13,700 bases of DNA from contig JBHGNT010000934.1 of NCBI GenBank assembly GCA_043228905.1, forward strand, positions 1 to 13,700, written 5' to 3'. The notes under the pieces were generated by a model. That model saw only the letters and a list, made by a program, of their open reading frames with translations. It ran no database searches and had not been told where the DNA came from. Made by a program: the position numbers and the translations under genes. How positions within the stretch are numbered: position 1 is the first letter of the stretch; every line of letters begins with the position of its first letter. Below are positions 1-9,093 of this stretch, piece by piece. The stretch comes from Azolla caroliniana (Eukaryota; Plantae; Polypodiophyta).

Positions 1-2769
1 ACAAAGATCAAGTGCCTACAGTCGGATGGCGGAAAAGAATATTTTTCCGGCCAATTCAACAGTTATCTGCAACAAATAGGAATTCAAAGAGAGTTCAACT
101 ACAGATACACACCGGAGCAAAACAGTGTGGCCGAAAGGAAGAACCAGTCGCTTGTCGACGCGGCAAGGGCAATGTTGGAAGAGAAGAGCATGCCCCATTT
201 CTACTGGGCGGAGGCGGTCCGGACGATTGTCTACATCCAAAACCGGATCAGTGACAAGGTGTCCGCGCATGAGCTATATTTTGGGTGCAAGCCGAACTTG
301 AGACACCTTCGGATTTTCGGCAGCATAGCATATGTGCATGTGCCGGATGAGAAGCGGAGGAAGCTGAATGCAAAATCGGAGAAGTGCATCCTCATCGGCT
401 ACTCACATGAGCAAAAGGGGTATAAGTGTTATAACCCCCGGACGAAGCAAGTCCATGTTAGCCACGATGTCGAGTTCAATGAAACAACATCATGGTACTC
501 CTTACCAACTCCGACTTCTGACCCCGACCCGATGCCGGAGGATGAGGCTAGTGAGCCTGAACCGGCCCAGGTAGAAGATGATGAATCCAGGACTCAAGAA
601 GAGTGTCAGGAATCGTTTCAGTTGAGTGGGCCGAACAAGAGACTAGGTCAATCCGACCAGTCAGATGAGGAACCGGCAAGTAGTGAAGACTCTGTCGTGC
701 TCTCCCTGCGCAAGGAATCGAGGAGACGATTCACGCGCAAAGAGAAGGGGAAGAAGAAGATGCCAGATTATGAAACCGGTAATGATGAGTCGGATCGGAG
801 CAAATCTGACTCCAGAAAGGAAAATGATGGTTCTTCGGCAACGAAGACCGAACTGGCCAAGCAGGGCCTCAAACCAGGTAATACCAAGTTACGCCGGTCT
901 TCTCGCCAAAAGAACCCCGTGACGCGGTACGAGTATAATGAGTACATGGCACATCACTATGCGTACATGACCAAGGTGGCGGAAATGCGTGAGCCGGAGA
1001 GCTACGCAGAAGCGGCAAAGGACACAAATTGGCGTGCCGCTATGGAGGAAGAAATGCGGGCACTTGATGCCAACGACACATGGGACCTAGTTAACCCTCC
1101 CCGACACTATAAACCGATCATATGCAAGTGGGTGTACAAGGTAAAGTACAACGCTGACAGTTCAGTTAACCGGTACAAGGCCCAATTAGTGGCGAAGGGA
1201 TACGCGCAGACCCACGGAATCGACTACGACGAGACCTTCCCTCCGGTAGCGAAGATGACGACGGTTCATGTGGTGCTAGCGGTTGCTGTGGCAAGGGGGT
1301 GGCATCTTCACCAAATGGACGTGAAGAATGCATTTCTTCAAGGCGATCTAGAAGAAGAGGTCTTTATGACCCAACCTCCCGGTTTCCAGACGGAGATGAA
1401 CAAGTTGGCGGTATGCTAGTTGAAGAAGTCACTTTATGGCCTAAAGCAAGCCCCCGAGCTTGGAATGCGAAGATTACGCATTGGTTGCGTAAGATGGGGT
1501 TTGCGGCCTCCAAGTCTAACTCTTCGTTGTTCATCCGGCAAGGTTCGGACGGTCCAATTTGCATTTTGCTATATGTTGATGATCTAGTCATCACCGGATC
1601 CGGACTCGATGAAATCAGCCGAGTCAAGTCCCAGCTGTCAGACGCATTTGAGATGAAGGACCTGGGGAACCTTCACTATTTCCTTGGGATCGAGGTGATC
1701 CGAACCCCCGACGGCATATTGCTCTCACAAAGACACTATGTGTTGAATATGCTATACAAGTTTGGCATGACAAAATGCTGACTTGTCTCAACACCCCTGG
1801 ACCGGAACCAGAAGCTCTGTCCCAACTCCGGACTAGCCTACGATGAGAAACGGTTCCAAAAAACTGTCGAAAGCCTTATATATTTGACCATCACTCAACC
1901 CGACATCAGCTATCCGGTCTGTGTGATTAGCCAATTCATGCAAATGCCGTCTGTAGAGCATCTTCAGTGCGCGCATCGAATATTGCGGTATGTGAGCGGC
2001 ACAAAGGACCGGGGACTGTTACACCGGCGAGGTATAACCAAAGAGCTAGTCGGCTACACTGATGTCGACTGGGTCGGCGATGCATCGGATCGCCGATCCA
2101 CCTCCGGTTACATGTTTTCCCTAGGTAGCGCGGTTGTTGTGTGGAGCAACAAAAAGCAGCCAACAGTGGCTCTATCGAGCACTGAGGCTGAGTATTGAGG
2201 CGCTATTATTGCCACCTATGAAGCCATTTGGCTTCGGCGACTGCTGCAAGACCTACGGATCGAGGTACCGACCCCGATACTGATCTACTGCGACAATATG
2301 AGCAGCATGCAGCTTGCCAAAAACCCTGTGTTCCATGCTCGCACAAAGCACATAGAAGTGCATTATCACTTCGAGCGGTGAAGTAGAACTTCGGTATGTT
2401 CATACGGATCGGCAAGTTGCCGACATCTTCACCAAACCGCTCGGATTGGACAAGTTGCAGCACTTCACCGAAATGCTTAGTGTTGTTCAGCATCTCGACG
2501 TGCCACACTTGAGGGGGAGAACGGGAACGGGCAAAGGCAAAGAGACTATCGATTGCGCCGGTAAGGGAAGAACCAACAAAGGGGGAGACAAGAAGAAGAA
2601 AGGAGCCGAGTCGACAAAGGAAGTTGACACATCCGAACAAGTCGAAATAAGCGGCAGCGGCGATAGAGCCGACTGGAAGAAGAAGGCCAAGACTCGGACA
2701 TGGTCCGATGTGGTGAAGGGCCTGGAATTGGAAGACAAATCGGGAGCAACCGATTCGGACAAGAGTTAG
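1..2769 (+). pseudogene. pol: copia pol (integrase core + GKGY region, reverse transcriptase, RNase H), disrupted
   Basis: Frame 1 from base 1 reads [12 protein letters not shown]...[11 protein letters not shown] (integrase D,E) and [10 protein letters not shown] motifs: [30 protein letters not shown]. RNase H motifs: YTDVDW, SSTEAEY, CDN, TKHIEVHYHF, ADIFTKPL. Lesions: stops at 1417-1419, 1779-1781 and 2196-2198, a 1-nt frameshift in the C-run at 1451-1455, and a frameshifting deletion at ~2372. Confidence 0.95.
2509..2519 (+). other. internal (upstream) copy of the polypurine tract
   Basis: TTGAGGGGGAG, identical to 3107-3117. It encodes L-R-G at the end of RNase H and is not followed by TG. 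Confidence 0.7.
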
Positions 2770-3106
2770 AACGAATTGGAGACAGCTGATTCGGTTCAAC
2801 AGACGGATTCGGAAGAACCGAATCATTTCAAGGCCAAGAGGACGAGAAGGTAGCGGAAGTCGACGCCAACACGAAGGAATCGACGAATCGGCAAGCGTCG
2901 AAGTCACAGCAGCGAGGGAGCTGAATTGAGCCTGTTGAGCAGACAAGCCGACCGAGGAGGTCGAGGTGCACAGGAACAGAAGGGTCGCAGCAAACGGGAC
3001 CGGACCGGACAAGGAGCGCGAGCGAGGCGGACTGACGCTAGAAGGAGCCAAGAGGAAGGACCGGCTACCATGGAGACTTACACTACGATCTGACCTCAAG
3101 TTGAGC

Positions 3107-3117
3107 TTGAGGGGGAG
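3107..3117 (+). other. polypurine tract (plus-strand primer) of left copia
   Basis: TTGAGGGGGAG directly abutting the TGTTGAG LTR start. Confidence 0.9.
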
Positions 3118-3509
3118 TGTTGAGCGGCAAGCTCAACCGGATCCGGATCGGCTGAATAAGCCTGAGCCGGATCGACATCTGGAAGGATGAGCCGGTGAGT
3201 TGGGGAGCCGGTTAGCTGGATCAAGCAGTGACCGGAAGCCAAGTAGCAGCCAGTCTACTAGGGAGTTAATATCTCGTAGTTAGTGTCAGACGCTCGTGTG
3301 AGCATTGAAGTACATTGTACTTCTGTCAATCCGTATGGACTTGTATAAAAGTGTTCACTGAACACATACGATGTACAGACTGAGTAGTAGTATTTTTTGA
3401 AATTGAGTTTCTGTGTGCTCTCGCTCTCTGTCTTTCCCGCGTACTGTTAAGCTCTCCATTAAACTTGTTTTCTATTTTCTATTGCTTCCGCATGCTATTT
3501 GTTTCTACA
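3118..3509 (+). repeat. 3' LTR of left copia (~392 bp)
   Basis: Starts TGTTGAG after the PPT, has TATAAAA at 3344-3350 and a pyrimidine-rich distal part, and ends TTCTACA where the sequence becomes AT-rich. The right boundary is inferred because the 5' LTR is not in the window; predicted TSD ATAGT (3510-3514). Confidence 0.8.
3344..3350 (+). promoter_or_regulatory. LTR TATA box
   Basis: TATAAAA about 226 nt into the LTR. Confidence 0.6.
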
Positions 3510-4381
3510 ATAGTTTTAGGTACACTATTGCTAATGTATGCATCAGTCAATGATAGAACATGCTCTCAAAATGGTTGTCCTTTTATCAACTATGTAATTT
3601 CATCAATCTAATATATTTACTATTCTTCAAACTAACAAAAGTGAGAACTAAAATTTACAAGAGAACTCATACAAGGTCATTGAAAATGCATGAATGTTAT
3701 TTCCATTACCGATTTTTGTAAGGAGAATGATGAAAACCTTTTGGGCAAGTAAACATGTACAACACATGGAAGTTCGGAATGTAAATGAACTTAGGTACAA
3801 TTTCCCATATGAGGAGGTTTGAGACTAATAGATTTGAAATTCGGAAAGCAATATCATAGGTGTGCACAATACACTTATGTGGAATTGTTAGACCGAATAC
3901 AGTTAACCTGGAAATGTTCAAGTGCTTGATTTCATGCTCTCCTATTATCTTGAACATGTGGCATCCCACTTCCTTGCATTTTGTAAAATGGCCAAGGATT
4001 TAACATATAAATTTTATAGTTTATGATTTGTTCTTTGTGCAAATAAAAACATATCTCAGTGTTTGCATATTAAAATGGTTAAACCTATCGGCATTAGTGT
4101 TAAAATAAGAAAAGAGAATAACATAAAGTGTAATATTGCATATTATCCTCCACGATTTTGTACCTCTTTTAGTATTTGCAAGAATTAATCGTGTGATTAA
4201 AAGAAAATTATATTTGGCTCACACTATGCATATATGTACGTGCAAACATGTACATACATGTTTATGTAACATATCAAGGAAATACATGACTAGTTATAAC
4301 GAGCAAGAGTTGTGCATAAACTAAAGCATCTCACGAAACAAGGGAAATAGAAAATTCCAATGTATGCATTGTCTAAGGAGG

Positions 4382-5047
4382 TGTTGAAGACAATATATGG
4401 ATACCCAAGGTTTCATAGGAGAGCACATATTTATGAGAGTAACAAGCATTAAAACCAATATAAACTAATGCAAAGTATAGTTTATTAAATTCATTGTTAA
4501 GTTTTATATATCTATGGTCTATGTACCTATATCGCAACCTAGAATTATGCCGAGTTACTTCGTGTGAGGATATGGTAGTCCCAATATGACAATAATACAT
4601 GTGTAACCATGTATAAAACCTAGGGATAAGTCTAGGGCAAGGGGAAGATGAGTGTATATGTATTGGATGATTGAATGGAGGTGAGTTGGTGCAAGTGTCA
4701 TATTGTGGTCGAAAATATGATGTTGACATATTACATGTCCCGTTATGATGGTAACATTTTATAATACCCTTTCAAGGTGTTGTTAAAAGTAAAAGATTTG
4801 TAATCTAAAACTTTATTTCCTCTATACATCCATTTACATTTATCAATTGAGCTCTTTCTCTCTCTCTCTCTCAAGAGATAAACTACTAGAGAAAATGACA
4901 AAATTGGGAATAGGAATATATATGTGTATTATATGAGAAAGAGACGTGTCAGGAAAATAACTCTTGAGTTACTCCAACACATTGTGATTAATATGGGGAT
5001 CAAATGAGAAGGCCCTCTCCCCCCCTACACCTATGATGTGTTTAACA
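4382..5047 (+). repeat. possible old, degenerate copia-type LTR
   Basis: TGTTGAA...TTTAACA termini (6/7 inverted match), preceded by purine run AAGGAGG and followed by PBS-like TGGTCAGTGC; TATAAAA at 4612-4618. No second copy is available to confirm it. Confidence 0.3.
4857..4872. repeat. (TC)8 microsatellite
   Basis: Direct reading of the sequence. Confidence 0.9.
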
Positions 5048-6661
5048 TGGTCAGTGCGCGTTATAGTGAATTGTTGGACCAACTAGAACTAACATGTTTA
5101 CCTTATTTGCCGTCTTACATGTCCATGGTGATACTACCCACATAATATACATATTTGTCTTCTTATATTGTGTGCCAAATACTTGGTGTACTCCAAGACA
5201 TTTACACACAAAGTTGGTTCTAATTTAACGTTATCATGATCATACAAATTGTCATACAATAATCATGGGATTCACACAATATTTTTGGTAGCATTACTCT
5301 TGCCAACATGAACACTATTGTAGCATTACGCTAATTATTGTATTCATGATAATCATATATACCATTTTGTATCGTACCATTCTGCATGATGGACAAATGA
5401 CAAACATGCACTTTAGGGCTAATGGGTGGAAGAGCCCAAGATACACATTGAAATAGCCAAAAAAAAAACAAGAATCCAACAAAAACAACACACATGAGCT
5501 TCCACTTTGTTGTTTCCCTCTATTTATGGACCTTATCATTAAGTAAACATTAATCTCTCTCAATGTATCATATTTTGTGTACATGTCTAGGTAACGTAAG
5601 ATACTTGTGTATATATATGTATCTACCTACGTATGTATCAATATATATAATATATAATGTAAACTGTTTTTCTTTATTTCTCTACCAAACAACTAGTGAT
5701 GTGTTTATTTTGTCACTTTCCTTAAGTCCAATGCCTTATCACAAGAAAGATTCTGCAAAATCTTCGAAAGTATCCATGATGAAGTTGTTAAGAATATTTG
5801 GAAGTGTCCATGCATCATTTAAATCACCTTAGACATAACATAAAACATTGTTACAAAAAAAAATCTTTCAAAGTATCCATTAATTTAAAACATAAAAATT
5901 AGTCAAGTCCATGAATTAAACATTAGATTGCAATGACCAATAACTCTCTCTTGTCGTATCAAAATAAAATATAAAGTGCAAAAAGTCTCAAGTGAATAAT
6001 TGATCTCCTTTTGAAATTTATAGCAATGAGAAAGAATGCTTTGTCATAGATATTAGACCGGATCCAAAGCACCATATCACTCTCCATGTACAACTATTGC
6101 CCAAATTTGACATATAGCTTTTCCCATTATTCTTACAATCTATAAAGGAAGGGTTTGGAGTTGCCACCAACAAAAAGAAAAAAGAAACTACTTGCTCATC
6201 GAAATAACCAACAAAGTTGGTAATCATAGTAAGTAAATTGGTACGATGGGGAGAAACAAGGAATTGGGTGTCTTTAACCTAAATGATTCCTTCTTTGTTT
6301 TTGGGTCAAGGATAAATAATAGAAGGATATTCCAATTTTGATAAAACTCAATTTCACATTCATATGAACACATCTAACAAATAATCATTTAGTGGAAGAT
6401 ATGCATAAATATTGATAGAGTTCTTAATATCAGGGCCTTGGGCATATACGTTGATGAATTGTGAAAAGAAGTTTTGTAATTTTAGTGTTGTGTGGAAAAG
6501 AATATTCTAAGACAATAAAATCCAAAAATGCTTCTCGATTAAAAACTACTCATGTCAATCATTATTTGCTTCAAAATGTTTCCGAGTCGATCGTCTTCCC
6601 CAACATTCCCTCATACTAGTATAATTCACACTTCTCCATTAACACAAAGTCTCTATAACCT

Positions 6662-7425
6662 ATTGAGACTCTGAGACATTGTTTGTGGGATTGCCCTGAA
6701 TCTCAAAGGGTCTAGGACAAGGTGACTTGCCTCCTAGATGCTTGCGATGTGGAAGGGAAAGCATCGTGGAGCTCAACGGTGTGGATCATTCCCTCGGTTG
6801 ATAGCTAGACAGAAGCCTTCACTATGAATGCACAAGAGGTAAACTCGTCAAGACCCGTTTTGTGAGAGGCTTGAAGACTACATCCTCTCATTTCTAGGAG
6901 ATTTGGATGTTGATCGCATGCTTCACCCTTTGGTATGTGTGGAAAGCACATTTCCTAAAGGTCTTCCAAGATTTGGTACGCCCCTCGGAGGAAATGATCA
7001 TGGATATTTGGTTGTGATTATCAACTGCCTACGAGAGCAGTTGGCCGAGGTTTGCAGACACTCCAACAACGTGGTCACTGCCCACTTACACATTGGGCAG
7101 AAATGGAGGAACACACCGATGCTGACGCAAGGAGGAAACGGCCCGAGGTGGAACTACCAGCCCCCACGTTGGTTGTTTCCTACTCACCTTCCACCCTCCC
7201 TCCGTTGAAGGCTAGAGGATCGGGTTTGTGCTAGTTGACGATGATTGCCACTAGTTTATAGCTCTAGGTACCTACTTACATTAAGTAGAGAGTAACTAAG
7301 GATATGTACGTAGTCTCTTATTCTTGAACTCGATCGAGGGGTGATTCCTCAACTTATAGACTTGTAGAGTCTTTCTGGAAAAATCTCTCCTAACTAATGG
7401 GAAAGTAGCACCTATTTTGGGGGAC
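6662..7425 (+). mobile_element. 5'-truncated L1-type LINE: ORF2 C-terminus (distal half of zf-RVT-like zinc finger) and 3' UTR
   Basis: From 6662 it reads IETLRHCLWDCPESQRV*, later TLWYVWKAHFLKVF...EEMIMDIW, then ...WNYQPPRWLFP with a stop at 7206-7208. It is colinear with the LINE at 9992-11172 and has several stops and frameshifts. The 3' boundary is approximate because there is no clean poly(A). Confidence 0.8.
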
Positions 7426-7780
7426 AATCAACACAGAATTTGTGGTTTACCAAATATACATTGGGCATAGTTGAAACTTTCACAATGTAATTATCTCCAT
7501 CTATCGAATTCCCTTGAGAAGACACAAGAAATCCCAAAACGATTGAAAAACTCTAATATTAATCGAGAGAAAGGGTCAACATTAATACATATTGTTTGTC
7601 TTAAATTATATGTATGTATATGTACTTTTTTCATCTTGACTTAGGACTTAATTAATCTCTTAGTCAAGAGTTAACACGAGAAAGTGTACGTGAGAATCAT
7701 GAGGCTAGGGTTGCCCAATTAGAGGCTCAAGAGTGATTGACAACCACCCTTGCTCGGTTCGCTACCAATAGGGTATACGG

Positions 7781-8700
7781 TGTCGTGAAGATTTTCGTCC
7801 ACAAGCGGAAACCCGAGCAACGAGAGCCAAAGAGCGATGTGCAACGTTGCACACGTACATAATGTATTTGTAATAGTAATAAGGGTAAAGTGTATGGTGC
7901 TAGAAATGCCCCATAAGACCCCTAAGGTATAAAGGTGATGTGGTCTTGTGCGCACATCCACGCGCGAGAGAGAGAGAGGTACTATGCGGTACATGGGTAC
8001 CTAGTTGTTTGTGCGGAGGTGGGAGTTAAGGGGCCATCAATCTCACCCTCCCCAAATCAAGGCAAATATCCCCTTTGAATGAAAGGGGATATTTTAGTCT
8101 CACTTTTGTAAACGGTCTTCCCTCCTTGTGCTATAAAAGGAGAGGGAAGGCACCATTGTGTGGGTTGCCCATTTTGAGTTAGGAGGGTATACTGTTAGGT
8201 TTAGTATTTCGTTTCTTTTTCTTTTTCTTCTTCTTCTTCTTCCCCTTCGTGTTTTGCTCGGCCTCCTGTGCAAGACCCCGCTCGATGCGACGAGCCCAAG
8301 AGCTCCCCGACGGCGGCTTGACAGCAGACGACTGTTGTAACCTACCTTGGTCCGGCTCGAAGCCTGGAATGTGTTCTTCCATTCATATATATACATTTGT
8401 GTCTGTCTGTGCGTATTCATGTCTCTGTTGGGGTCTGGTGTTTGTGCGGGTGTTTTTGGTGTTCTCTTACCTGTGTTTCCTGTACATAAGGGCGTGAGTC
8501 GGGTCGGCCTGCGTGTGTGTGTGCGTGAGTCGGTGTCAAGCGTGCGCTCCCTCTCTTTCTCTCTCTCCCTTCGGTTGCTTCTGGTGTGCTTCTGGGATGC
8601 CCCGGAAACGGTGAAGTACGACTTCCTACGCTCCGCCACTCCCTAGTCCAAGACCCCCGTGGTCCCGCCTTTCTCCACGCACGCGCGTAACAACGCGACA
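7781..8700 (+). mobile_element. solo LTR (920 bp), superfamily not determinable (gypsy-like termini)
   Basis: TGTCGTG...CGCGACA inverted termini with ACGG duplicated on both sides (7777-7780, 8701-8704). The segment is absent from the sister repeat copy. TATAAAA at 8132-8138 is followed by CT/GT-rich sequence, and no coding domains are present. Confidence 0.85.
8132..8138 (+). promoter_or_regulatory. solo-LTR TATA box
   Basis: CTATAAAAGG flanked by an inverted repeat. Confidence 0.55.
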
Positions 8701-8802
8701 ACGGTGGGATGAATCCTTTGGTTCATGACATCGAGGTGGAGATAGAAATTTGTCAATCAATAAACATACACTCGGTGGTATTCACCTTGAGACAAGACAC
8801 TC

Positions 8803-8878
8803 ACCCCACACTTCCACTCCATAAAGCAAAAATTGAACTACCATGGCATTCAATAACATCAATCTCACTTCCCATCCA
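8803..8878 (-). pseudogene. duplicated LINE RT C-terminal snippet
   Basis: Minus strand reads WEVRLMLLNAMVVQFLLYGVEVWG, a copy of 9094-9165. Confidence 0.8.
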
Positions 8879-9093
8879 CACAAAGAACACAGGAAAAAGT
8901 GTGAGTGAGAATGTGAGGTTAGGGTTGGACAACTAGAGGCTTAGGAGTGATTGACAACCACTCTTGCTCAGTTTGTTACCAATAGGGTACACGGGGGGAT
9001 CAAATCCTTTGGTTCAAGACATTGACATGGAGATAGAACTTTGTCAATCAATGAACGTTATTTCAGTGGTATTCACCTTGAGACAACACAATC

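Larger units (their letters stand above)
1..3509 (+). mobile_element. Ty1/copia LTR retrotransposon, 3' half (5' part outside window), degenerate
   Basis: Domain order integrase-RT-RNase H is diagnostic of Ty1/copia. It is followed by PPT TTGAGGGGGAG (3107-3117) and a TGTTGAG...CTACA LTR. Confidence 0.96.

Noticed and set aside
12-2163. Alternative-frame and antisense ORFs overlapping pol (also 11963-12254, 13019-13304)
   Set aside because: Shadow ORFs of a GC-rich coding sequence.
3510-6650. Short ORFs in the AT-rich stretch (3706-3969, 4373-4729, 5315-5584, 5563-5832, 6018-6227)
   Set aside because: No recognisable motifs or exon structure; their lengths are compatible with chance.
6636-7444. 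Possible LINE TSD: CCATTAACACAAAGTCTCT (6636-6654) vs CAATCAACACAGAATTTGT (7426-7444)
   Set aside because: Only 13/19 identity in AT-rich DNA, and the second copy could be a decayed A-tail; not supportable.
8100-8701. Several overlapping ORFs (179, 99, 94, 82 aa) with poly-Arg/Lys or hydrophobic runs
   Set aside because: They arise from CTT/CT/GT low-complexity tracts inside the solo LTR and have no domain motifs.
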